Below are positions 12,903-26,255 of a stretch of DNA of 64,000 nt, piece after piece. Origin of the DNA: the human T2T-CHM13v2.0 reference genome, Homo sapiens; the NCBI GenBank assembly GCA_009914755.4, contig CP068257.2:12000001-12064000 (forward strand), given 5' to 3'. Position 1 is the stretch's first letter; each line of letters opens with the position of its first letter. The notes under the pieces are model-generated. The model ran no database searches. It was not told where the DNA came from and saw only the letters and a program-made list of their open reading frames with translations. The translations under genes were made by a program, and so were the position numbers.

Positions 12903-14623
12903 GTTGTGGGTACATAGTATGTGTATGTATCTGTGGGGTCCCTGAGATGTTTTGATACAGGCATGTAATGTGAAATAAGCACATCTTGGGGAATGGGGTA
13001 TCCCTCCCCTCAAGCATTTATCCTTCAAGTTATAAAAAATGCAATTACAGTCTTAGTTATTTCAAAATGTACCATTAAATTATTATTGGATATAGTCACC
13101 CTATTGTGCTATAAAATAGTAGGTCTTATTAACTCTCTATTTTTATACCCATTAACCATCCCCACCTTCCCACAAACCTCCCCCCAGCTACCTTTCCCAG
13201 CCTCTGATAACCATCCTTATACTCCATATGTCCATGAGTTTGTTTTGATTTTAGATTCCACAAATAAGTAAGAACATGTAACATTTGTCTTTCTGCGCCT
13301 GGCTTATTTCACTTAATATAATGATCCATAATGTTCCATCATTGTTACTGACAATGACTGGATCTTGTTCTTTGTTACAGCTGAATAGTCCTCCATTGTG
13401 TATATGTACCACATTTTCTTTATCCATTCATCTGTTGATGGACACTAAGGTTTCTTCCAAATCTTAGTTTTGTAAACAGTGCTGCAACAAATATGGGAGT
13501 GCAGATATGTATTTGACATACTGATTTCCTTCATTTTTGGTATAGACCCAGCAGTAGGATTGCTAGATCATATGGTAGCTCAACTTTTAGTTTATTGAGA
13601 AACATCCAAACAGTTCACCTTGGTGGTTTTATTAATTTACATTCCCAGGAGCAGTGTACAAGTGTTCCATTTTCTCTGCATCCCTGCTAGCATTTGTTAC
13701 TGCCTGTCTTTTGCATACAAGTCATATAAACTGTGGTGAGATGATATCTCATTGTAGTTTTGATTTGCATTTCTCTGATGATCGGTGATATTGAGCACCT
13801 TTTCTTATACCTGTTTGCCATTTGTAGGTCTTCTTTCGAGAAATATCTATTCAAATCTTTTGCCCCCTTTTTTTTAACCAGGTTATTAGATTGTTTCTTA
13901 AAGAGTTGTTTGAGCTTTTTATATATTCTGATTATTAATCCTTTGTTGGATGAGTAGTTTGCAAATATTTTCTCCCATTCTGTGGATTGTCTCTTAACTT
14001 TGTTGATTGTATCATTTTCTGTGCAGAAGCGTTTTAACTTAATGTGATCCATTTGTCCATTTTTGCTTTGGTTGCCTGTGCTTGTCGGGTATTGCTCAAG
14101 ATATTTTTGCCCAGACCAATGTCCTGGAGATTTTTTTATAGTTTGAGGTATTAGCTTTACATCTTTAATCAACTTTGATTTTACTTTTGTATTCGGTGAT
14201 AGATACTAGTCTGTTTTCATTCTTCTGCATATGGATATCCAGTTTTTTCAACACCATTTCCCACCAGTGTATGTTCTTGGCACCTTTGTCAAAAATGAGT
14301 TCACTGTAGGTATATAGATTTGTTACTGGGTTCTCTATTGTGTTCCATTGATCTATGGGTCTCTTTTTATGCCAGTACCCTACTCTTTTGGTTACTATAA
14401 TTCTGTAGTATAATATGAAGTCAGATAATATAATTCCTCCACTTTTATTTATTTATTTATTTTTGCTTAGGATAGTATTATTTCTTATACTGAAAGCATT
14501 CTATGTTATTTATTATTAGGCTAATTTTGTAGTTTACAATGCTATCCTCTTTTACAAAGCTGTGATCAACTCAAAGTCCAGATCAGGGTCAATTGTAGCT
14601 ATTTGCAAAAGTAGCAATATTCT
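12903..14623 (-). mobile_element. L1 (3' UTR + ORF2 C-terminal region), antisense
   Basis: Minus ORF 13687-14172 is L1 ORF2 C-terminus (...[38 protein letters not shown]...). 12903-13690 is the reverse complement of an L1 3' end (gggtatccctcccctcaagcatttatcc..., tggcttatttcacttaatataatg). Confidence 0.65.
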
Positions 14624-14922
<299 letters not shown>

Positions 14923-15229
14923 CTATACTGTGTAATTATTGACAGCATAATTCACTATTATGTGGATCAGAGAGCAGAGGATTCTGAATGCATGAACATA
15001 TCTTTAACATTTCAATACATTACTCATAATTACTAATGAACTAAAGAGAAACCAAGAAATTATGGTGGTAGTTATATTGACCTGGAGAAATGTAGACACA
15101 AAAGAATGGTAAGATGAGAAATGTGTTAACACAGGCTATAAGGGCATGCAAGAATAAAAATAGGGGAGAAAACAGGAGAGTTTTTCAAGAGCTTTCTGGT
15201 CATGTAAGTCAATTTGTATCAGTTAATTT

Positions 15230-15790
15230 TTAAAAGGTTTATTTACATGCAATAAACTGCACATACTTCAATTGTACATTTTGATAATTCTTGGCATTTG
15301 TAGCTCTACAAAACCAACAACATATTAAAATAGCAAACATATCCATTACCTTTACCACCAAAGTTTCCTTGTGCTTTTTCTACTCACTTTTTCCTGCCTA
15401 TCCCCATTCCATCCACAGGCAACCACTGATCCACTTCCAGTCACTATCCATGAGTTTTTATTTCCAAATACATAAAATCATAGGGTATGTATACTTTCTG
15501 ATCACTCAGCATCACTATTTTTGAGATTTATTCATGTTGCTACATCTATCAATTGTTCTGTTCTTACTAGGGAGTATTATTTCATTATATACAGATACCA
15601 TAGTAAGTTTATAAATCACAAATTCACCTGTCCATGGATATTTGAACTGTTTTCAGGTTTTGGCTGTTGCAAGTAAAGCTGCTATGAAGATTCATGTAAA
15701 ATCCTTTGAATGGTCATATGCTCTTAGGTTTTCATCTCTACCGGAAGTGGAATAGATAGCTATATGGCTATCATGTCTGTAATATGCAAA
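15230..15790 (-). mobile_element. Old L1 3'-region fragment (antisense-type)
   Basis: tttatttacatgcaataaactgcaca...ggcaaccactgatccacttccagtcactatccatgag... resembles the reverse-complement pattern of L1M 3' ends. Confidence 0.4.
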
Positions 15791-17769
15791 CACAAAGCCT
15801 GACAAAACTGATTTCTAAAGTGGAAATTCCACTGAAGAACCTTGACTCCAACCTGGCTTTTGAGATTATCTCCTATGTCTGGTGCAATGATTGGTCCTGG
15901 GGTAGCCACATGACCCAAGGGGGACCATGTTTAAACTTCTGAGTTTTCACTGAGATTAACATGCATTTGTTGAAAGAGAAACCCCTTTTCCCCTACTCCC
16001 CCAGCTGCAAATGCTTTCAGGGATTACATCATGTTGGAACATTTGGTTACAGTGTTTCCTAAACTTTGAGGGTAAAAATTGTTCAAGTAGGTAAAAATGG
16101 AGCACATACAAAGAAAAAAGGAGTCCAGAAATATCAAATAAAGAAAGGGCCTCCATAAAATCATTTGAACTTATGATTAATTCATTAGTCATTAAAATAA
16201 GTTTAGTGTACAAAGAATCATCCCCCCAACCACCCTTTATTCCTTCACCAGGTTTAAGTTACATTTTTTAACTTGCAAACAAAAGATTTGTCATTAACTT
16301 AGACATCAAAATCCCTTGTCTCCAAGAGCAATCATTCAACTCTGTCCCTCTCATTATTACAATAATATGTTCACTTTATTCTGCATACACCTGCTCTTTG
16401 CCCTTGTCTCCCTATTCTATTCTGTTAAACTTATATCCAGACATTTATTTCATTTTATATCAAAGAAACTGTATACATGTTTTTAATCTTAGAAAAATTT
16501 CTGAGTAATCTTTTGTCTCATATTCGATTTTAAGCCACCCAAGAAGCATTATTTTTTCATTTAGCATTTTAACTTTTCTAACCCAGGACTTTTATAGTAG
16601 ATATTATGTCTTTTTCTAAATGTCCTGCTTCAATTTACATTTTAAATCTAATTTTTAAAAAGTGTATGTTTTGAATATTAGCATCATGCATCTCAGGCCT
16701 AAATATCCCTTGATAACAAATATTGTCTTTTTTTCTCTACGTTTTTCACATATTTCAATAGGGAGATATATTGCCTGCAACAATAAAAGTTTTTGTCAAT
16801 ATAACATAACACATAGGCAAAATATTGTTTCCAAGTGATTGATGATGTGGTGCCTTCAGTCTAGTCCCAACCCCTCAATGTAATCATCCCTAAATCTAAT
16901 GAAATATGAAATAAATATTTCATTTTGTTTCTAAAATTCAGCAGAAAAATATATAGCCTGTCACATATAGCCTGTAACACCAACATATAAAAATTAAAGC
17001 AGTTCCTTCTCCACTCCCACTGCTTCACTTGACTAGCCTTAAAAAATAATAATAATAAAAAATAAAAGCAAAATTGTTCCTTTACTTATCTTTGAAATCT
17101 AATGGGTATACTATCAGAAAAGCTCTTATATATATGGAGGGCCTCTATAAAATATAGACTCTTAACTAGAAAAGTAGACTTATATGATAGTTAAATTTAA
17201 AACACAATTGTATATGGTACCTTCCCAAATGCACCAGTACTTATTTCAGAATGCATGATGTAATTGACTAAACCATTTAGGGCTAGACCTCTGAAATAAA
17301 AGGCATTCACACTTTGTGATTCCTGGGGAAAATATTATTCAAAATAGAAACATGCAGAACCTTTACCTGATCGTGATAAAAAAATGTTCCTACTTGTTAA
17401 TATGCCACAGCTTTTACAAGGTCAGCAAAAAGAGATTATCCCATAATATAAGCTGATGGCCGAAATTATCTGCCTTACTTTAGTTACTATAATATCTATT
17501 AAGTGTAAATTTCTTTTGAAAGAAAACAGATACATTTTTCTCAGAAATGTCTTTAGATGAAGATCTAGCACATCTGTGTTTCTCACTTTTTAAAATGTTG
17601 ATTTTATTGATAAATAAATATATATAGGGTACAATGTGGTACGATACAAGTAAATATTGTGAAATGGACAAATTAGGCTAAAAAACATATCCTTCACCTC
17701 AGATATTTATTACATTATGGTGAAACATTTAAAATGTACTATTTTAGCACTTTTAAGATATGCACTACA

Positions 17770-20275
17770 TTATAAGTGACTGCAGTCACTTTGCTGTGCA
17801 CCATATCACCAGAATGTCTTTCTCCTAACTGAAGCATTATCCCATTGAATATTTCCCCTTTTTCCACCCCTGCCCCCCACCCTGCTCAGCCTCTGATAAA
17901 CCACCATTCTACTCTTAACTTCTATGAGTGCACAGTTTTGGATTTCACATATAAGTGATATTAAGAGATATTTGTCTTTCTGTGTCTGGCTTATTTTACT
18001 TAGCATAATGTCCTCTAAATCCATCCATGTTTTTGCAAATGACAGAATTTCATTCATTTATAAAGATAAGCCGTATTTTTGTATGCATCCTACATATACT
18101 TTTAACTTTCCACAGCTTTATTGAGATATAATTTATACATTGTGTAATTCACTCATTTAAAGTACAAACTTCAAATTCTTTTAGTATATTAACTGGATGG
18201 ACAAATAATCATCATAATATAATTTTAGAACATTTTAATTCTCCTTAAAAGAGACTTGCACCCATTAGCAATCTTCCCCATTTTCTCCAGCTTTTTTTAA
18301 ACCCCTCCTAGTCTAGGCAACCACTCGTCTACTTTCTGACTATGAATTTGCCTATTCTGGACATTTCACATAAATGGAATCATAATAACACATAGTCACT
18401 TTTTACTCACATCTTTCACTTAACGTATTTTTAATGTTCATCCATTTTGGAGCATGCATTAACAGTTTTTTACCTTTTCTTGCTAAATAAGGTTCTGTTT
18501 TATGGACACACCACATTTTATTTATCCACTCCTCGGCTGATGAACATTTCTGTTGTTTTCTACTTTGTGTTGCTATAAACATTTGTGTACTACTGTTTGT
18601 GTAACATTTGTTTTATTTTCTTTTTGGTAAACACACAGAAGTGGAATTGCTGGGTCATGTGATAACTCTATGTTTAACCATTTGAAGAACTGCCAGACTG
18701 TTTTACATTTTAAAGTCTCACCAGTGGTGTAGAAGGGTTCCAATTTTTCCACATATTTTTATCCATTTTTCAGTTGATAAGCACTTAGGTTGTTTCTAAT
18801 TCATGGGTATTATGAATAATGCTGCAACGAACATGAAATTGCAGATGTCTCTTTTTGACATACGGATTGAAATTCCTTTGGACATATATCCAGAAGTGGG
18901 ATTGATGGATCATAGGGTAAATATACTTATAATTTCTTGAGGAAACTTCATACTGTTTTCCAAGATGGCTGTACTAATTTCCATTCCTACCAACAGTGTA
19001 CAGGGTTTCTTTTTCTCCACATCCTCATCAACACTTATCTTCCGTCTCTTTTTATAATAGCCTTAGTAAAATGTGTGAGGTGATATCTCATTGTGGCTTT
19101 GATTTGCATTTCTCTGATAATTAGAAATGTTTTTGATTTTTTCATGTACCTGTTGGCCTTTTGTATGCCTTAGGAAGTGTCTATTCTGGTTCTTTGCTTA
19201 TTTTTTTAATAAGCATAGTTTTATTCTTATTTTTGAGTAGGTTGAGTTACTTATATATTATTATATGAGCCCTTTATCTGATGTATGGTTTAAAAATGTT
19301 ATCCCATTTGTGGGTTCTCTTCATTCTATTATCGCTTCTTTTCCTGTGGAAAAGCTTTTTAGTTTTATGCAATCTCATTCGTGTGTTTTTGCTTTTGTTG
19401 CCTGTGCTTTTGGAATAATCTACAGAAAATCATAGCTCAGGCCAATGTCATACAGTCTTCTTCTATATTTCCTTGTAGTAGTTTTACATTTAAGTCTTTA
19501 ATTTTGATTTGATACTTGTATAAAGAGCAAAAGGAAAGTCAAATTTTATTCTTCTGTATGTGGATATTCAGTTTTTTCTACACCATTTATTGAAAATAAT
19601 TTTCTTTCTTCATTGTGTATTTTTAGTCATTTTATCAAAAAATCAATTGACCACAGACACACGGACTTATTTACGGGTTCTATATCCCTTTGCACTGTTC
19701 TACCTGTCTGTTTTTATGCCACTGCTATGTTGTTTTAATTACTATGGCTTTGTAATATAGTTTGGAATTGGGTAGTCTGATACCTCCAGCTTTGTTCTTT
19801 TTGTTCAAGATTGCTTTGGTTAGTCGGGGTCTTTTGTGGTTCCATACAAATTTTAGCAGTAATTTTTCTATTTCGGGGAATTTGATAGTGGTTGCATTTA
19901 ATCTGTAGATTGCTTTGGGTAGCATTGACACTTTTACAATACTAATTTTTGAATCCATCAATAAAGGATGTTTCTCCATTTATTTATGCCATTTTAATTT
20001 TTTTCATCAATGTGCTATAGTTTTCAGTGTGCAAATCTTTCACATTCTTGATTAAATTTACTCCTAAGTCTTTTATATATTTTTATATCTGTTTTGATTC
20101 TATTATAAATTGAATTGCCTTATTACTTTATTTTTCAGGTAATAGTTTGTCATTAGTGTATAGAAACAATAATGCTAGCTGTATGTTGATTTTGTAACTA
20201 TTAACTTTATTGAATTTCTTTATCAGCTTTAACCATTTATTTTGGTGGAGTCTTTAAGATTTTCTCTATCTTGAG
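17770..20275 (-). mobile_element. L1 (ORF2 + 3' end), antisense; same element continues at 23545-23775 after the CXADR retrocopy
   Basis: Minus ORFs 19725-19979 (...[50 protein letters not shown]...) and 17806-18057 are L1 ORF2 pieces. 17880-18100 is reverse-complement L1 3'-end sequence. The left flank of the CXADR insertion (ggtggagtctttaagattttctctatc) matches antisense L1. Confidence 0.65.
20256..20275. repeat. Left copy of target-site duplication for the CXADR retrocopy (aagattttctctatcttgag)
   Basis: Near-identical copy (agattttctgtatcttaag) at 23545-23562 directly after the retrocopy's short A-tail. The motif occurs once in the L1 consensus it derives from. Confidence 0.6.
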
Positions 20276-23200
20276 TGCGCGAGGCGCGGGGAGCCTAGGA
20301 CCTGGAGCGAGAGCCGCCTACCTGCAGCCGCCGCCCACGGCACGGCAGCCATCATGGCGTTCCTGCTGCGCTTCGTGCTCCTGTGCGGAGTCGCGGATTT
20401 CACCAGAAGTTTGAGTATCACTACTCCTGAGCAGATGATTGAAAAAGCCAAAGGGGAAACTACCTATCTGCCATGCAAATTATGCTTAGTCCTGAAGACC
20501 AGGGACCACTGGACATTGAGTGGCTGATATCACCAGCTGATAATCAGAAGATGGATCAAGTGATGATTTTATATTCTGGAAACAAAATTTATGATGATTA
20601 CTATCCAGAACTGAAAGGCCGAGTACATTTTAAGAGAAATGATCTCAAATCTGGTGATGCTTCAATAAATGTAACGAATTTACAGCTGTCAGATATTGGC
20701 ACAGATCAGTGCAAAGTGAAAAAAGCTCCTGGTGTTGCAAATAAGATTCAGCTGGTAGTTCTTGTTAAGCCTTCAGGTACAAGATGTTATGTTGATGGAT
20801 CAGAAGAAATTGGAAGTGACTTTAAACTAAAATGTGAACCAAAAGAAGGTTCACTTCCATTACAGTATGAGTGGCAAAAATTGTCTGACTCACAGAAAAT
20901 GCCCACTTCATGGTTAGCAGAAATGACTTCATCTGTTATATCTGTAAAAAAAATGCTTCTTCTGAGTACTCTGGGACATACAGCTGTACATCAGAAACGG
21001 AGTGGGCTCTGATCAGTGCCTGTTGCGTGTAAACGTTGTCCCTCCTTCAAATAAAGCTGGACTAATTGCAGGAGCCATTATAGGAACTTTGCTTGCTCTA
21101 GTGCTCATTGGTCTTATCATCTTTTGCTGTCGTAAAAAGCGCAGAGAAGAAAAATACGAAAAGTAAGTTCATCACGATATCAGGGAAGATGTGCCGCCTC
21201 CAAAGAGCCGTACATCCGCTGCCAGAAGCTGCATAGGCAGTAATCATTCATCCCTGGGATCCATGTCTCCTTCCAACATGGAAGGATATTCCAAGACTCA
21301 GTATAAACAAGTACCGAGGGAAGACTTTGAACGCACTCCTCAGAGTCCGACTCTCCCACCTGCTAAGGTAGCTGCCCCTAATCTAAGTCGAATGGGCGTG
21401 ATTCCTGTGATGATTCCCGCACAGAGCAAGGATGGGTCTATAGTATAGAGCCTCCATACGTCTCATCTGTGCTCTCCGTGTTCCTTTCCTTTTTTGATAT
21501 ATGAAAACCTATTCTGGTCTAAATTTTGTTACTAGCCTCAAAATGTATCCAAAAATAAGTTAATCAGGAGCTGTAAGGAATATATTTTTTTAAATTTTTC
21601 TTTGGTTATATCGAAATAGTTACAGGCATTAAAGTTAGTAAAGACAAGTTTACCATCTGAAAAAGCTGGATTTTCTTTAAGAGGTTGATTATAAAGGTTT
21701 CTAAATTTATCAGTACCTAAGTAAGATGTAGCACTTTGAATATGAAATCATAAGTGAAGACATTGGTGAACTTACTTGCATACCAAGTTGATACTTGAGT
21801 AACCATCTGAAAGTGGTACTTGATAATTTTTACCGTTATTTTTAGGATGTGTATCTCATTTATTTATGGCCCACTAGTCTCCCCCAAATTAGTACAGAAA
21901 CATCCATGACAAAATTACACATGTGTGTTTGTACTTGTTTTCACAGCTCCTTGGAAAACTCTGTGTTAGGAATATCTCTAAAAACATAGAAAACTCTACA
22001 GTGGTTTAGAAATTACTAATTTTACTTCTAAGTCATTCATAAACCTTGTCTATGAAATGATTTCTTAAATATTTAGTTGATAGACTGCTACAGGTAATAG
22101 GGACTTAGCAAGCTCTTTTATATGCTAAAGGAGCATCTATCAGATTAAGTTAGAACATTTGCTGTCAGCCACATATTGAGATGACACTAGGTGCAATAGC
22201 AGGGATAGATTTTGTTGGTGAGTGGTCTCATGCCTTGAGATCTGTGGTGGTCTTTAAAATGGTGGCCAGCCAGATCAAGGATGTAGTATCTCATAGTTCT
22301 GGACTAAATACTGGCTTTCCACTTTAGGTGATATTTTTCTTATTAGAAAAATATTATAACTCATTTATTGTTTGACAGTTATAGATTGAAATTTCCTAAT
22401 TCTAAATTTTAAGTGGTTCTTCAGTTTCAGTGCTTTATGTTGTTTGTTGTTGGTTTGGCATGGCATTACATATTATATGTTCTAGAAACATGTAATCCTA
22501 AATTTACCCTCTTGAATATGATCCCTAGATGATATTTTTATCATAAATGCAGAATAATCAAATATATTTTAAGCAAGTAAGTGTCCTCCATCAATTCTGT
22601 ATTCCAGACGTGGGAGGATGTACAGTTGCTGTTGTGTGATCAAGCATGTCTCTGTGTAGTTCCAGCAAATCAAGCTGAGCTTTGAAAAAGTTTGAGTCTT
22701 AGTTTTGTGAAAGTGGTTTATTCTCAAAAAAAAAAAAAAGAAAAAGAAAAAGAAAAAAGATAAGAAGAAGGAGTAAAGGGACTACTCCTCCTTGCCAAAT
22801 GTGCTAAATATCATTTTAGGAGAAGAAAGTGGATTTATTGTATTTCCCTTAAGATTGTGAGGGAGTGTGGATACAGTAGAACGAGCCAACAGTTTCTTTA
22901 TAATAAATACGGTCTGCAATAAATTATTTCACTAGCTGTAAAACCTTTCCCTAGATTTTAGTAGGGAGTTGGTTTCTGTTAATATCTTTGGTGCTGTGGT
23001 GGTAAATGCTACATTATAAACAGTGGCATGTATTTACAGTTAGAGTATTGTGTGTACACTTTTTAATGGTAAACTTAAGCTGAATGTGTAATGGATTTGT
23101 CTATAGTTTTACATATTTGGAAGCATTTTAAAATAGGTTTTAATCTTACATAAAATTACTTTTATACTTGTGTTAACATTTTCTTCTGTGCCTTTTGGGT

Positions 23201-23544
23201 AATTTAATTTCTGTTATGAATTTCTGGTGCCTATGAGCTAGCTATCACCTACCTGAAAGGTGCTTAGAGGTGAAGGTACTGTTTCTAAAAACACATCACT
23301 GTGACACCTTTCTATCCTCACATTTTCAAGCTTGCCTCTTTTCTGTTCTTTGTGGATATAACGTAAGTGATTGTGTTATTCATAAAGATTTAGAAATTTC
23401 AATATTCCCAACACTCTGACTATGTTTCTGATTTTATAATAGTAGCCATTTTTGAATGTCAGATGTTTGGCCTGTTTTATATGAATAAAGTTTATTTATA
23501 AAATATTATAAAAATAAGTAAACAGAACATTAATAATAAAAAAA
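20276..23544 (+). pseudogene. CXADRP: CXADR (coxsackievirus and adenovirus receptor) processed pseudogene: 5'UTR, CDS homolog 20354-21448 with at least three frameshifts and premature stops, and a long 3'UTR ending aataaa...aaaaaaa
   Basis: Intronless match to CXADR mRNA from 5'UTR (gagccgcctacctgcagccgccgcccacggcacggcagccatcATGG). Full-length protein similarity: [36 protein letters not shown]..., [22 protein letters not shown]...[41 protein letters not shown], ...[23 protein letters not shown]. Frameshifts at ~20476 and ~20950; GAA to TAA at ~21166. By eye roughly low-90s % identity to parent. Locus number (P1/P2/P3) not determinable. Confidence 0.88.
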
Positions 23545-23775
23545 GATTTTCTGTATCTTAAGATTATATTTTCAGAAAACAGAAACAATCTTACCTCTTC
23601 CTTCCCTATATGGATTTCTTTTATTTCTTTGTCTTGTGTAATTGATCTGGCTAGGCAATTACACATAATGTTTTCAGCATTTGTAATTTTACATCAAATC
23701 CATCCATTGTAACACATTGATTGCTACTTTTCAACTTGTAAACCTGGACATTTGTCACTACTCTTCCTCCAGTAC
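23545..23775 (-). mobile_element. Continuation of the antisense L1 after the CXADR insertion (includes the right TSD copy at 23545-23562)
   Basis: ...cagaaacaatcttacctcttccttccctatatggatttcttttatttctttgtcttgtgtaattgatctggctaggcaa... matches antisense L1 (...ttgacttcctcttttcctaattgaataccctttatttctttctcctgcctgattgccctggcc...). Confidence 0.55.
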
Positions 23776-26255
23776 AGGAGTCCATGGCGCGGTGTGGGCC
23801 CTGCTGTGCCACAGTCCAGGGCACGGCTGGGCGCAGGTTCTCTCCTGCAAGAGTCCGCGGCTCTGCAGAGCAAGAGTTCTCCAGTGCCTTAGTCCAGGGT
23901 GAGGCAGGGGTGAGGCTCCTTCAGTAGCTCAGTCCAGGACGCAGCCCTGCGAGGGTCCTCCTGTGCAGGAGTACACGATGCTGCGGGGTCCTACTGTGCC
24001 TTAGTCCAGGACGCCAGGGGGCTGGGTCCTCTGCTGCCATAGTCCAGGGCGCGAGGGGCTGGGTCCTCTGGTGCCATAGTCCATGACGCAGGGAGGCTGG
24101 GTCCTCTGGTGCCATAGTCCAGGATGCGAGGGGCTGGGTCCTCTGCTGCCATAGTCCAGGGCCCGAGGGGGCTGGGTCCTCTGGTGCCTTAGTCCATGAC
24201 GCAGGGAGGCTGGGTCCTCTGCTGCCATAGTCCAGGATGCGAGGGGCTGGGTCCTCTGCTGCCATAGTCCAGGGCGCGAGGGGCTGGGTCCTCTGGTGCC
24301 ATAGTCCATGACGCAGGGAGGCTGGGTCCTCTGGTGCCATAGTCCAGGATGCGAGGGGCTGGGTCCTCTGGCGCCATAGTCCAAGACGCCAGGGGGCTGG
24401 GTCCTCTGGTGCCTTAGTCCCGGTCGCGGGGAGCTGGGTCCTCTGGTGCCATAGTCCAGGGTGCGGTGGAACAGGAGTCCTGCGGAGCAGTAGTCCAGGG
24501 CGCGCTGGGGCGTGGATCCTCAGGTGCCACAGTCCAGAGCGCGACAGGGCGGGATTCCTGCCTTGCTATATCCAAGGTGCAGCGGGGCGGGGGTTCTCTT
24601 GTTCAGGAGTCCAGGACGTGGCAGAGCCGGAGTCCTCCGTGTAGGAGTCCTCCGGTGCTGGAGTCCAGAGCACAGTGAGGCTGGGTCCTCCCGTGCCATA
24701 GTGTAGGGCATGGCGGGACAGGGATCCTGCCCTGCGATAGTCCAGTGCTTGAGTCCGCAGTAAGGCAATGGTCCTCCAATGCTGGAGTTCACGGCGTTGT
24801 GGGGTCGGGGTCCTTTGGTGACTTAGTCCAGGGCGTACCAGGGCGGGGGTCCACAGTTGCCATAGTGAGGATCTTGGAGGAAGGTGGTTCCTGCCTTGCT
24901 GTAGTCCGGGGAGCAGGGGGCAGGGGTCCTCTCTTGTCAGAGTCTCTGGCGCGGGGTGGGGGTGGAGGTGGGGGTTTTCCTATGCGATAGCCCACGGGTC
25001 GGTGAAGCCGGGTCCTCCCGTGCCTTTGTCCAGGGCGCAGGGGGGCGAGGGTCTTCGGTGGTGGAGTCCGCGGAGCGGCAGGACGGGGGTCCTCCAGTGC
25101 CATATTCCAGGGCGCGGCGGAGTGGGGGACCTGTCCTGCAGTGGTCCAGGGCATGTGGGAGTGGTGGTCCTGCTGTGCCTCAGTCCAGTGCGCGGTGGGA
25201 CGGCGGTCCTGCTGTGCTGTAGTGCAGGACGCGGTGGCGCAGGGGTAGTCCAGAGAGCGCCGTGGCAGGGGGTCCTCCAGTGCTGGAATCCAGTGCAAGG
25301 CGGGTCAGGGGTCTTACCGTGCCGAAGTCGGTGGCAAGGGTCCTCCCGTGCCATAGTCTAGGGGGCGACGGGGCAGGTTTCTCTAGTGCAGGTGTCCAGG
25401 GTGTGGCAGGGCAGGAGTCCTCTTGTGCAGGAGTCCAGGACGTAGCCGAGGAGTCCTCCAATGTCAGAGTCCAGGGCTCTGCGGGGCCGGGTTCCCCCAT
25501 GCCAGAGTGTAGGGCGCGTTCAGGTGAGGGTCTTGGCGTGCAGTAATCCAGGGTGCGGTGGGGCAGGGGTAGTCCAGACCTCCATGGCGGGCGTCCCTCT
25601 GTGCAGGAGCCCAGTGCCTGGCGGATCGGGGGTCCTTCTGTGCTGTAGTCCAGGGCACCGCAAGGTGTGGGTCCTCTGGTGCCCTAGTCCAGGGGGCGGC
25701 GAGTCAGAGGTTCTCCCGTGTCTCAGTCTAGGGCCTGGTAGGACTGGGGTCCTGGAGTCCACGTGGTAGCCCAAGTTGCCGCAGGACCAGGTACTCTGGA
25801 ACCACAGTCCAGGGCGCTGAGGGGCAGGAGTAGTTCAGGGCGAGCCGGGGCCCAGGTCCTCGGGAGCCAGAGTCCAGGGTGTGGAGGGGTGGGGGTTCTG
25901 CAGTGGCACAGTCCAGGACACCGCGGGGCGGGACAGGGCGGGGATCCTCCCGTGCCTTAGTCCAGGGCTGAGCCGCGGGAGAGGTCCTTCAGTAGCACAG
26001 TCTAGCGCACGGCGTTGCAGGTGTCCTCCAGTGCCTGAGGCCACGGCAGGTCGCGGGTCCCACTGTGCTCTAGTTCAGGGCGGAGTGGGTCTGAGGTCTT
26101 CTCCTGCCTCAGTCTAGGGCGCTGGAGAGCGGGGATCCTCTGGTACCGGAGTCAATGGATCCACGGGTCCGGGTCCTCCCATGTTTTAGCCCCGGGAGGG
26201 GAGAGGCGGGGGTCTTCCTTTGCCCTAGTCCAAGGCATTGTGAGGCCCCGCTCCT
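23775..26255. repeat. GC-rich minisatellite-type tandem array, unit ~37 bp (a few 38-40), ~60+ units. Homogenised 3-unit (111 bp) higher-order core at ~24020-24440; diverged flanks.
   Basis: Direct reading: gccatagtccagggcgcgaggggctgggtcctctggt / gccatagtccatgacgcagggaggctgggtcctctggt / gccatagtccaggatgcgaggggctgggtcctctgct, repeated in that order about three times with near identity. Monomers diverge progressively toward both ends. CpG-rich. Confidence 0.85.

Noticed and set aside
13687-14172. 161-aa minus ORF
   Set aside because: L1 ORF2 C-terminal remnant, with a parallel L1 endonuclease remnant at 46277-46624. Transposon-derived and truncated.
20473-21448. 179-aa and 85-aa + ORFs with clear CXADR similarity, considered as a possible functional CXADR paralogue
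   Set aside because: The coding region is broken into at least three frames (frameshifts ~20476 and ~20950, stop at ~21166). It is intronless with a TSD and A-tail: a processed pseudogene.
22726-22770. A-rich tract (a14 then (gaaaa)n) first taken as the poly(A) end of the CXADR retrocopy
   Set aside because: No matching TSD follows it. A convincing TSD match and an AATAAA+A7 end occur at 23544, so this tract is internal 3'UTR/secondary.
23921-26117. Many 60-170-aa ORFs on both strands inside the 37-bp array
   Set aside because: Repeat-phased: the 111-bp higher-order unit keeps frame and produces reiterated peptides. Both strands are open. No start context or homology.
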